A DNA stretch of 64,000 nt from Sporopachydermia quercuum (lineage: Eukaryota), in NCBI GenBank assembly GCA_001599295.1, contig BCGN01000002.1, positions 1-64,000 of the forward strand, in the 5' to 3' direction. The position numbers and the translations under genes are program-made. The notes beneath the pieces were generated by a model that saw only the letters and a list, made by a program, of their open reading frames with translations, did not search any database and was not told the origin of the DNA. Below are positions 24,307 through 36,935 of the stretch, in pieces; position 1 is the first letter of the stretch, and the number at the start of each line of letters is the position of its first letter.

Positions 24307-25725
24307 ATGATTAATTATACATTCAAAGCTTTTTTTGTTCTTTTGGTTCTATGGACGTTATATTCTGGAGCTGAACCCACAGAAATTGAAGTAACTTCGA
24401 TGAGTCCGCAGAATGCTGAAAAGGTGTCTGAAAGACCATTACTTCATGAAAAGTGTTTTATTTCAGATAACTTCGTCAGAAACCAGGTGCTTTACAAGAG
24501 TGTGATTCAAGTAAAAACTTTGAATTATTTGATTGGAGGTTATCTCAATGCTATTTTGTTTCTTAGAGGCCATGAGAAGTATTTGGCAAACACACATAAA
24601 GATGTAAGACAGGCGATTCACGACCCTTTAAATCTCGGTGATACCCCTGACCTCACGAACTTACCCCTTCTACTGGATCTTTTAGACACATTCCCGTACT
24701 TGAATGAAGATGGCAAGCTTGCAGACCAAGATCAGCTAAAGCAGTTTTGGAATAACATGACTGTGAGTTTGGAAAAATACGGATATCCCAGAGAAGCTCC
24801 GTCACAAGATGAGGTACCCGAAACGCCATCCAAGATAAAGTCTATCTCCACTTTTATCAGTCCCATAATTCAACAGTTTGCGATCAATGAAAGTGCTAGA
24901 GTGCACCAATGGAAAACTTTACAGTCAAGAGAAGAATATAAAGCAAAAGCTATAGAAGATGCTAAAAGGAAGGAAGGTTTTGCTTTAGTTTACAAAAATA
25001 CAGGAAATGTAGAAGATAGAGTTGCCTACTGCAAATTTCAAGGTATCAAATGTTTTGCAATAAAATCAGCAGATTTTCTTGAGAGGGAACAAAAGTTTAT
25101 TAAGCAGCTAGGTATTCTAAAAGTTTTTGAAGAAAATCCAGATGTTGAATGGGTTTGGTGGCTGGATTCTCAATGTGAAATAAAAACGCCTAGTATTGAT
25201 ATCACACTCCTATCTCAACCTGAAGTACTTCCCACAATACTTTCAGAAGGTTGGCCATTTGTGTTACCAACAGGGGAATATGAGATTTTATCACCGAAAG
25301 AACATTCCTATGGTAATGTAGCTACTGTAAAAGAATTGAAAGTAAAACAATTTCAGGCTAAAGATTTAAGAAACCCCTCTAGTCCTTCAGTTATAGTAAC
25401 TCACAATTCTCATGGTTTGGAGACTTCCTCTATAGTAGTTAAAAGATCAGTCACCAGTGAGTTTTTACTTAGTGTATGGGGATCTAATTACACTACCAAA
25501 TATTTCGAAGGTGAATCGTGGGACGATAATACTTTAACTGCAATGGTTGCATTTGTTCCAAATTTCCGGAAAGAGGTAGCAGTGATACCTAAGAAGGTTT
25601 TGGCGGCCAATAAACATGCGAACAGTAACAGCTTCAGGTACTTTAGATCGGATAAGAAAAACGTAACAGAGAGTATTCTTTCGCAATTGCAAAAATGGGA
25701 CGAAGGAGACTTCGTAATAAGATAA
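24307..25725 (+). CDS. Divergent GT34-like secretory-pathway protein
   Basis: N-terminal signal or TM segment. FEENPDVEWVWWLDSQCEI and IVTHNSHGLETSSIVVKRS align with the GT34 blocks of 18128-19612. Confidence 0.65.
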   Translation: MINYTFKAFFVLLVLWTLYSGAEPTEIEVTSMSPQNAEKVSERPLLHEKCFISDNFVRNQVLYKSVIQVKTLNYLIGGYLNAILFLRGHEKYLANTHKDVRQAIHDPLNLGDTPDLTNLPLLLDLLDTFPYLNEDGKLADQDQLKQFWNNMTVSLEKYGYPREAPSQDEVPETPSKIKSISTFISPIIQQFAINESARVHQWKTLQSREEYKAKAIEDAKRKEGFALVYKNTGNVEDRVAYCKFQGIKCFAIKSADFLEREQKFIKQLGILKVFEENPDVEWVWWLDSQCEIKTPSIDITLLSQPEVLPTILSEGWPFVLPTGEYEILSPKEHSYGNVATVKELKVKQFQAKDLRNPSSPSVIVTHNSHGLETSSIVVKRSVTSEFLLSVWGSNYTTKYFEGESWDDNTLTAMVAFVPNFRKEVAVIPKKVLAANKHANSNSFRYFRSDKKNVTESILSQLQKWDEGDFVIR

Positions 25726-26054
25726 TGAGAATTAAATCAAGTAAACAAAGGAAACGAAAATCAATTTCATGACAATAGTTTTAGGTTCGTGAACCAAAAC
25801 ATGCAGCTTTGTTGACAACTCTTACTTGGGTTATGAAGGGTTTGCTACATAGTTGAGTATTTTGATGTAAGTTTCGATAGACTGTAACCTACTTACAACT
25901 TTGTAAATGTAACAACTTATCTTCTTGATTGTTCTTATTGTTTAAGTACAGCTATTTGATATTCAGAAGACATCAACTGTCTCGAATCAAGATAAAATGT
26001 TCTCTTAATCACTATTTACACCTATCTATGAGTGTTTTTTTCTTGTTTGTCAAT

Positions 26055-26290
26055 ATTGGGTTGTACAACCAGATGGATTCTCGGTTGCTCATTACCCAGA
26101 TCTTCACAAGTCTTGTCAACCTCAAGTCCTGCTTTCCATTTTACTTCTTTATTTTCTCAAGTAGGATCTGCAGTTAGATTAACTACATTACCTTTCTCCG
26201 TTTGATAAGTTCACAAAGCGATTACTGTTCCACTGCTTTACAGAAAGCTTCATGCGTCCAATACAGTCGTTTCATTGCTTGTACCATGAC
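26055..26290 (-). pseudogene. GAL10: 3' relic of a second UDP-glucose 4-epimerase gene
   Basis: Minus-strand translation across frameshifts gives GTSNETTVLD/HEAFCKAVEQ*..GNVVNLTADPT*..TCEDL..ENPSG, matching [43 protein letters not shown] of the intact gene. Confidence 0.8.
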
Positions 26291-27138
26291 TTCGCTCCAA
26301 TAGAGTTTTCTATCATGGATATTCAAATTTGCTTTAGATGTATTATGAACAATTGTATAGTCGTGATATCTGGCATATTCTTCTCTATTCTGGATGATCA
26401 TTTCAATCATATTCTCTGCTTTGTGATTTTTTCTACCTTATGCTGTCCCAAGGATTATTTTTTCTTTGGAAGGGTTCACTTTACCGCTGTCGTCATAATC
26501 TTCTTTCTGAAATTTGACAGGTTCTGCATTACCTAGGAAGTCCCGTAGCTGACTTTCTTGTAGCAAAAAGCGATGCTTCCTTTTTAAAATCTCATCATGA
26601 TTTTCATTGATGTATTGACGCTGTTTTCTTAGTTCTAAAGTCTGGCCTCTATTTAGCCTCAGCTTAGAAGCAAAGAATTCAACATTTTTATCGTCGAAAA
26701 AGTCCAGTCTATTCAAAAAATCATTGGATATACCGTTGAATTGAGGAAAGATTATAGCAGCATCAAGTAACCACTCCAGCTGGGAGTCGAAAGTGTTGAC
26801 CAAAACCTTGTTCTCTTTCATGAGCTCAAAAGATTTCTAATCCTGTACAGGTATTTGGATTTCGGTTGCCAAACTGTCCTCCACTTTGTTTTCATTGACA
26901 TGGTCATTACCAGCATCAGAAGCATTTTTACATCTATTTTGGTTAAGGGGCTGTATAGAGATTCACCGGATGGCTTTTCAAAAATATTATTTATGGTTAA
27001 GACCTGAGAAACGCCACCACCTGACATATGTAAATACCATATACAAATGACATACCAAAAGAAATAGAACCAGAGCTAAAATCCGTCTTCTACAAGTTGA
27101 CATGGATACCAAACCCATCTCAGAAGATAAATCAACAT
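26291..27138 (-). pseudogene. 5' half of a GT34 pseudogene
   Basis: RRRILALVLF, FQKEDYDDSGKVNPSKEKIILGTA* and QNREEYARYHDY..YWS match the gene at 18128-19612. It has stops and frameshifts, and ends before the DxD motif. Confidence 0.85.
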
Positions 27139-28328
27139 GATTGATTATCTTTCATTATACGAAGTGAGCTCGGTTTCGCATAAGATCTGGTAAGTTGGCC
27201 GATTGTTTATGTGTTGAGATCGATCTACTTATATTCGAAGACTTCTGATTTAAGTTCTTCAACTGAATCTTCTACGATAATTGTTTCTTGAAGAGGGTAC
27301 CAACATGAAAGAATATATATCACATTAATCTAACAGGTGTTCGCAAGACTTAGTTACTGAATGTTTGAAATGTATAAATTCTGATTGTTCTATATCAGCT
27401 ACCCAAGCACTAAATTTCGAATTATAGAATGTTGCAATTTTGGTTGTTCCTTCTTTTAAATCTGGCATGAAAATGAATGCTTGATTAATCATTTCCTGAT
27501 CCTATAAGGTTTGACCTCTATTATTATACCAATCATGTATTTATACATAAACAGGCCGAGATCTCCAATTAAAATAAGTTAAATTAGGTTCACAAACTTT
27601 ATTAATGAGAATTACTACTAGTATAGTATACTTGTGCTAAACATTTCAATATAAAACCATGAAATGCCTGGCCAGCAGGAAAAGCTAGCGATAACAGGAG
27701 CAGACTTAATTTTCATTCATATGAACGAGAGAATCCTGAGAAGTCCTGATTTTGCAGTTAATCGTTGAGCATTTATGGTTAAACGTCTGGTTGCAGCACT
27801 AACAATGAAATAAAATCGTTAAACTCATTAATGATAACCTGATTCGAGTTCATTCAGAATCGAGAAGATGCTTGTATAGGTAGACTATACATATATGCAT
27901 TAGTACTTGTTCCACCCACCAAATGGCTCAATAACTATGCAATGTTTCATTTTACTTCGCTACCTCAATAAATAAGTTAGTGGAGCTAATTTAAAAATTA
28001 ACTTTATATGGCTAAATTTTTGTATTGTATAATTTAGTATATCATTCGAAGATAAGTTATGGCTCAATCTCCCAAATTTGGACAGAAGGAGGGAATCGTA
28101 GAAATAGATTCCAGCTTCCAACGAAGAAGTTTTCCTGTTACTACCATTTGATATTTTGATTGCGTATTTCTTCCTCTGGTCGTCGCATAGCTACGTGCTA
28201 TATACTTGTAAGATTATACTTCTTTCAGGACTGCTCCCAAATACCTTTTTTTTGAAGCTTTTTGATATGGGCTCATTCTATAGGGTTGCCGAATTTTACT
28301 TGTTACTGCAATGTATAACTGTACTACG

Positions 28329-28890
28329 ATGTTCGTACTTCGTAGACCGGTGCTTCTTGGTGGGTGTGTATCAATCTTCCCTGTCTCGTTCTTCTTGCTC
28401 TTCTTAGTGTTCAGATTCGATACCACTGAAGTTCTTAGATCATCAGTAAAGAGCTGATTATTTCAATAGAACTAATGATTTTAAAGCGTTTGATTCAATT
28501 AACAATTCAACACTTTGGATTTCAAAAGTTGTTTATATACCAACCTTCCAGGACGTACTAATAAAGATGGTATTATGGCATTGCAAGCAGCTGCATGTGA
28601 TCTTGACATCGGCTACCGAGAAGGTGTTTTAGTCGATTCTATTCAAGAAAAATCACTTCCTCCTACCATCAGAGTGCTCAAAAGTGAGAATCCTTTGAAA
28701 CCAAGGGTCAACGCTTGTTGGAGAGCACACGCAAATGCTTGGCTAGAACTGATATGTAAAACCTGGAAAATTGGTCTTATTCTGGAAGCTGATGTCACTT
28801 TGGAGATTTCAGTCAAAGAAGATATGCAGCGTGCAGCGGTTGCTTTGAATGGAATTACTCAAAAGTTTCCTGGGTTTGAGAAAAGATCAC
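28329..28890 (+). pseudogene. Truncated GT25-like pseudogene, inverted duplicate of 29279-30418
   Basis: Close match to the first half of the neighbouring gene (NKDGIMALQAAA..KPRVNACWRAHAN..FPGFEK). Early stop near 28456 and the 3' half is missing. Confidence 0.88.
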
Positions 28891-29278
28891 TTTCTTTTTT
28901 AGGCTAGTTAGAGGAAGTCGGTTAATAACTATCAACTTCGCGCTGAACTTCTTGTTTGAACAGTCCTAAATAACTTAAACACTAACTATTGTAATTAATA
29001 ATGGAAGCTTATTCTCGCCTAAAGAACAGAACAAACAGTGTTCATACATTGAAGATTGTGTTCGTACTGTTCGTTCAAGTACACACTGCTGCCGAGTGGC
29101 GTGGCACATTAAAATATCAAATGAAGGGATCATAACGATAATACTATCGCAAAAATCTATCAAGCCTTGTATTTATATTGTCTATATCAAATGTTGTATT
29201 AAGAGGATTCACAGTTAAACTTATTCAGTTTAAAATATATTAACGATCAATAAATCATTTTACGAATTAGTCAACCAC

Positions 29279-30418
29279 TCACGATATCTTTTCAAATCCT
29301 TTGAACCAGTAGTATACCTCGTTTTCCAAAATTTTCTTACTAAAAAAGCACTTTTCCAAATGTGCTAAAATCGGGTTTTTAACTTCATAATTGGCTCGGA
29401 TTCTCCAAGCATTAAATGTTTTATAAACTTTCTCCCAAGCTTCTGCTTTAGGCTTACTACTACTCTTAATATCTCTGATATCAGAGGACATTGCCTCAGC
29501 ACCCAAGCCTTGAGCATAACCCCAAGAGTGAATAATTGGGGGAAAAGCACCATATGAGACCAGTTTATTTTCTTGCGAAAGATCGGTAATAAGTATGTCC
29601 ACAGGAGCCCTTAGATCCAGATTGGTATAGAAAAGTAACTTTCTAGCCCCACGCTGAGTCAACGCGTACCCAGTTGTGCAGATCACTCCACCATTTCGTC
29701 TCATAACTCTAGTGTTTACTAGTTCTCGATCATAATATTTGTAGCCCACTGGTCCATTGGGACTCTCATACTCAACTATTTGATCTTTTCTCAATTTGCT
29801 GTCTCCACATGCACCAGGGAAAAAGATGTCCCACTGTTGTGAATTATAGGGATCTTTTTCTGAAGGGTTTGATTTTTCCTCAAACCCAGGAAACCTTTGA
29901 GAAACTTCATTCAAAGCAACCGCTGCTCGCTGCATATCTTCTTTGATTGACACCTCCCAAGTGGCATCTGCCTCCAGAATAAGAACAGACTGCCAATTGT
30001 TACGAATCACTTCTAGCCAAACATTTGCGTGTGCTCTCCAACAAGCGTTGACCCTTGGTTTCAAAGGTTTACGTTCTTGCAACACTCTGACAGTAGGAGG
30101 AAGTGATTTTTCTTGAATAGAATCAACGGCAACACCCTCTTGGTAATCGATGTCAAGACCAGATGCAGCTGCCTGTAATGCCATAATATCATCTTTGTTA
30201 TAACGACCTGGAAGGTTGATATAAACAATTTTTTGAAATCCAAGTGTTGAATTGTTAATTGAATCAAATACTTTGAAGTCGTGACCTCCATTTGAATGAT
30301 TAGCTTTTACCGATGATCTAATAGCTTCAGTGGTATCGAATCTGAGCAGTAAGAAAAGCAGGGAAGTGAAGATTGATATCCCACCAAGAACTACCAGTCT
30401 ATGAAATTTCACAAACAT
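29279..30418 (-). CDS. Fungal GT25-like glycosyltransferase, paralog 2
   Basis: TM helix, then NNSTLGFQKIVYINLPGR, ACWRAHANVW, LILEADATW and CTTGYALTQRGARKLL. Confidence 0.82.
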   Translation of the reverse strand: MFVKFHRLVVLGGISIFTSLLFLLLRFDTTEAIRSSVKANHSNGGHDFKVFDSINNSTLGFQKIVYINLPGRYNKDDIMALQAAASGLDIDYQEGVAVDSIQEKSLPPTVRVLQERKPLKPRVNACWRAHANVWLEVIRNNWQSVLILEADATWEVSIKEDMQRAAVALNEVSQRFPGFEEKSNPSEKDPYNSQQWDIFFPGACGDSKLRKDQIVEYESPNGPVGYKYYDRELVNTRVMRRNGGVICTTGYALTQRGARKLLFYTNLDLRAPVDILITDLSQENKLVSYGAFPPIIHSWGYAQGLGAEAMSSDIRDIKSSSKPKAEAWEKVYKTFNAWRIRANYEVKNPILAHLEKCFFSKKILENEVYYWFKGFEKIS

Positions 30419-31349
30419 ATTAGGCTGTTATTCGTTGCAATGAAAAAGTAAAATTCAATGAACCAATGGAATAAACCCAACTCGAATAAACTAGAAAGAA
30501 AAAAAAGTTACCTTAGAATAATTCTGAAAGATTTATAAGCTTATAGGCATTTAGGATGAAGCAATGAGACGGCCAAAGGAAGGGATGAGGAATCAAAAAA
30601 TTAACTGGTAAAGAAAAGAAAACTTCTTTACATATTCTTAATTGAATGATTAAATTATACTAAACAAAATTTACCCATATAAAGTTAATGTTTAAGTTAG
30701 CTGTACCACTAACTTTTGGTGTTGAGGTAACGAAGTAAGATTAATCTCGCGTTGTTGACAAATCGTTTGAAGGGTAACATGTACTTACTTATGTGGTATA
30801 TCTACACTAGTTTTAGTACTTCTCAAGACGGAAATACTCCAATCAGGGTTATCATTAATTAGTTCGATAATTTTAGTTATTGGTATTATAGTCTGTTCTT
30901 TAACCATAAACACGATTAATTTCAAAAACAAGAGTTTCAGAATTCTATTAGTTCCACACGATGAAAAATGAATATGCTTCTGTTATCTTGACAAAGCTTT
31001 TCCCAATATTACCACTTTGCCAGAATGGTTTTCACAGTTGAGTTCCATATTGAAAATATTAATCAATCATGATGTGCTTATGCTTGATAGTATTATTATA
31101 GATACGGTTTGTAAACCTAGTATAACTCACCTGAAACAAATATCTGATAACTTTCAAATGTAGAGTAATAGAATTGAAATTTCCAGTTTGCTTATGTATA
31201 AATACGTGATCTGAATACAGTTCGAACCCTATAGGATCAGGAAAATTGATCATGCATTCATGTTCATATCAGATTCAAATTTGAACGAGAAAACAGCCAG
31301 ATGTATAACATTTCCAAAATGTGATGTTTGGGTGCTTGGGTGGCTGATA

Positions 31350-31960
31350 ATAAACAGGATTGTTAGTCTTAATAATTAACATAATATTAAGTATAGACAA
31401 ACAAATAGTACTATACGCCTGATATTATATTATATGATGTGTTGTTGTCGCTGATAAGCAATGACACTCAATTGATTCTAAAAAAATACAGTTTGATGAG
31501 AAGGAACTACCATCAAAAAAAGTAAACAAGGCAGCTGAAGCTTTAGTAGTTGAATTACGTTATAATGTATTAATATAATATTAGATCAGCAAATCGATCA
31601 AATGAATGAAAATATATAGAGGTTAACAGAAGGAAACTAAAAGGAAAAGCGGAATGAAATGATAGAAAAGAGTAGAAAAAGAAGGAGAATCAACTTGCAC
31701 TTTAAACGCCTACAATATAATATACCTTTAAATAAACCGGAGGTAATAGGAATAATGCTCACACAAACCCCATCTATTCTATGTTTTATATAATCTGGTA
31801 TAGCCAATAACAGGGATTGAGAATAACAATCATGATGCATATCAATTTGTTATGTCCGTTATAGCTATTACGGACTCTGAGTAATATGGCTTAAGGTTGC
31901 TTGTTCTTTTTGATGTTCAGATATAAGGGGAACATTAAGCTGATTACACGTCAGATAATA
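31350..31960. repeat. Diverged inverted duplicate of 55545-56170
   Basis: Shared blocks include AAAAAAAGTAAACAAGGCA, ATCAAATGAATGAAAA and GAACATTAAGCTG.TTACACGTCAG. Confidence 0.8.
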
Positions 31961-32369
31961 TCTAGTTTAAGGTTTATGCCCTAAGAATCGTAATGTCTGA
32001 CATGTCTTCTGAAACCCCCAAATACAGAAGTAGTCGAACGTGACAAGTTCGAATCTATGCAGGATTGTCACTTAAGGTATGCATTACTGTTATCCAACCT
32101 GTCAATTAACTTACTCGATTCCCCCCTATCTTATAGACGAAGATATGTTAATTAAGTTGTTCAGTTCGATTCGTTCTTTTTTATTAGCAAGTTGTTAATT
32201 TGATCACAGAAGTTAACGGAATACCGTCAGAAGCAGTAGAGTTATTAGTGCAAACTACACAGACGTACATATCCAGTGAGACTGATATAATAATAATAGA
32301 AAGCAATATAGCATAAAAACTAGGAATCTCAAATATAACAGTTAGTTGGAAAACAATTGGATATTCAAA

Positions 32370-33510
<1,141 letters not shown>

Positions 33511-35714
33511 ATGAGTAAAATAGAACTCAGAACATTAAATGCTTGATAGCCATGGTTTATGGGCGACTTCAAATGGTAGTAAGTATGGTATATATCAATT
33601 CTTGGCATCTGACTTGATGTTGCTTATTAGTAGACTTTTGACATGTTCTTTCATACTTTCCGATAATGATTTCTGACAATCTAGTTTTCGAGTGCTGTTC
33701 TAAACCATGAAGCAATTTGGCAATTCTCCCATCTGGAGTGCTAGTCAATGAGCCTGGAGATAACAAATTACCAAATATAATCTTTACAATTTGCTTTCAG
33801 ATAACCAATGATGTTTCATATCGATCAAGATGATTAGATGGTGCATGAATTAGATAACGGGAGGAGAATTAGTAGAAAGAGTAATTTTGAAAGATGTGTC
33901 ATAAGAAGGTAAAAGTTAGTTAGATACGGTGGGAATGTAATATCGAACTATAGATAAATGTGTACTATGAAATACTTGATACTGAATACTAGATATTAGA
34001 TATTAGATATTGGATAAGAATAAACAAATGATAACGTATTCTTCGTTCATCATAACAATATATCGCATCAACTTATCTCACAATTACACTAAGCAGATAA
34101 TAGCGTAATCTACTGTTCTCAATACTTTATTTATCTTAGATATACATTTTTATGCACCTGGAAATCTCCGAGATGCATGAACTAATGGATAGTTACATTT
34201 CAATGTATTATTAAATACTGTAAAGCTTTGTTCATGCCTCGTTTCCTATTAATCATTGATATTATTATTTCTATAATTGGTTTTACTCAGAAGATTGTTA
34301 TTTTAGTAGAGTGCTTGTTGATAAATAGCTATTCAAATAACAGGATGCTTCAGCAACTACTGATATAATAGATGGAGATACCTAATTTGGCTCACCATCA
34401 ATTGATAGAGATAAATCAAAATTTAGCTAGTTAGTTGAGTGCTCCCCTTAAATTAATGTCATGTATCAATTGGTTTTAGTGAAACGAATATCACATCAAA
34501 TACCAAAATCATCGAGCGAGAAAATGGGAGCAAATAAAGTTTCAAGGGGCAAGCTGTGCTTGGATTATCTAGTCTCAAACTCTATTAGACGATGATTATT
34601 TTATCATGGACTTATGAAGTATTGGCTAGTCTGATGTGTTGTTTTTGAGAATAAATCAAATATGATAACGATGGTTATTTTTACATGGAATAAAAAGAAA
34701 ATAAGAGTTTATAAGTTAATACTTATTAGTTGAAAAGAAGAGTTAAAATATGAAAGCGCGAGGCAAACTCATTCTGAAGACATGAATAATCCAGATACCA
34801 ACCAAGTCAAGCAGTGGACAGCCGCCTTCAAGAATAGAAGTGGGGGATCTTCTTGAAAGCTGAAATGAAACAATATCTCGAACTTCAGAATAGTTTCTGA
34901 TCTTATAAAGTTTAGCTTATAATAGTTATAGAGAGGTTTAGTGTGTCTGATCAAATTCGCGTCCTTATTTTGATTTTCATAACCAGGTAAACCATGTAAT
35001 TAACCTTGTAAAAACTGTTGTTAACATTACCTATTCCTTGCGGATTTTCCATGTAGTGTGGTGTTATTTGATAAGCTGCTTGCCATAATAACTATATATA
35101 AGATAATATTCAAATATGCTTTCTGTTTCACAGGTCATCATATATTATTTAGTTAACTCGCTATAGATAAAGTATAAATAGTAGCGCCAAGTTTTAACAT
35201 TTAACTTCCTAATCTATCAAACAATTCAAATGTCAACCTTAATAGGACCGCCCAAAAAGCTTTCCTAAGTATGCTTATATAATATATAGACCTTATGGTG
35301 ATTATAATTTAATGGTAAAATAGATGCTTGTGGTGTATTCTTGAAAAATGTCTTGGAAGTTTAAGGCTTTCATTCATCTGTCCGTATGTATTCAACACAT
35401 TCGCAATACAATTTTAGTTCAGCTACTCAGTATTTTTTGAACATACTAGTAAAGTTAAACCAATATTTAAGTTAAGGTTAGGAGAAGATTCCGCGAAACC
35501 ACAGCTGTAGAAGGGTAAAGTTCACTCACTCTATGATTAAGAACGTAACCTTAAATGATCTTAGCAAACCTAAAGCAAGGCTTTAGACCTTATTTCAGGT
35601 GAACTTGTAACAACTCTGTGTTATTCTAGATCTAACCTACCAGGTTTTCAGTTGATGTTAGAATGATTTTTCCGACAGATGAACGCAACTGAAGACAAAA
35701 TATTTGTACATAAT

Positions 35715-36430
35715 TATATATTAATGTGCTTGGGCCATAGTTGGACTTTTTCGACAAGTGCAACCAAAAATAAAATCGCTACCTGTAATCGCTACTCTGA
35801 AGACCTCGTCATCCACTTGATAGATAGAAGTAGATTATTTTGTTCGTTTCTTTTCCAGGAGACTTATCATTTCCTAAGCTCTATATAGTATTTTAGGGTA
35901 AGGCAGCTCAATTTCAATTAGAGGATATGAATTTAAAGTTTCAATTAGTCTTACCAGGCTAAACTGTAAATCATTATATCGATATCGGTGCACTAATGTA
36001 AAGTAAAGTAAATTGGTTCAACTTTTTTAGGATACTTGCTTATTCCATGAGTAGTTTAGCATTTTCGTTTTGAGATTCCACGGTTACGGCAACAAGAGAC
36101 AAAAGATGTGTTACTTTGATCAAAAGTCAGAATTAAACCGCGCTACATTCTTTGCAAGAACTGAGAATCAGATCTACGTTCATTGTCTTATTGTATATCA
36201 TTACGTGATTATGCTATTAACATCAAGTAATAATATATTCATCTATCTCATCGGTGCATTGTTCCTCAAAACTGCTGCCCAAATTCTCTATATACATTGG
36301 GCATTATTTGAGTGTGCGGGGCGAGGCTTATATCTTATATAGCATTAAATGTTGCTTTATAGCATTAAATATGTAAAGCAACATGAATCATAACAATGAA
36401 TCTTAACATCTCAACATTTCAAATCAGTTT
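35715..36430. repeat. Diverged direct duplicate of about 54180-54870
   Basis: Collinear blocks TTAATGTGC.TGGGC.ATAG, TAAAATCGC, CTAAACTGTAA, TGAGATTCCA, GCAACAAGA and AAAACTGCTGCC. Confidence 0.8.
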
Positions 36431-36498
36431 CAATGAAACTTTCTATGATGTAAATTAAATTCATGGTTGTGTACGACGAGCAGGAAGCTACATGAACT

Positions 36499-36935
36499 TG
36501 TAACAATCACAATAAAGTTACTGTCCCGAACTTTATTGATATCATTTTAAGTTCATCTCTATGTAGGAAGAACAGGGAGTTGCATCAGTTGCATATACTT
36601 AGGATTATGTGATCAGTTACTGGCTACAATATTAGGTTAAGGTTGAACCTACGTGCATGAGAAGTAGTAAAGTCTAAATGGTAGAGGAAAGATACTCGAA
36701 TGTGAATGAATATATGATTGTTTTCACATAACAAGAAAGAAAGAAGATAATAACACAAAAAAGGGAATATTTAAATATGAGGAAGTAGCTGTAAAACAAC
36801 AACTGGAAAGTACTCCTCTACATTTACATAGCTAAGAAGACTAATATAGAAAGCGAGGCTTTTATGATGTACCCTATATACATAATTACTTAATAAACTT
36901 AGAATTATTAAGGACAACGCCTCCTCCGTATTACA
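36499..36935 (-). mobile_element. Solo LTR
   Basis: Nearly identical to 22527-22953 with intact TG..CA ends. Flanks GAACT / CTTTA are not duplicated. Confidence 0.9.
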
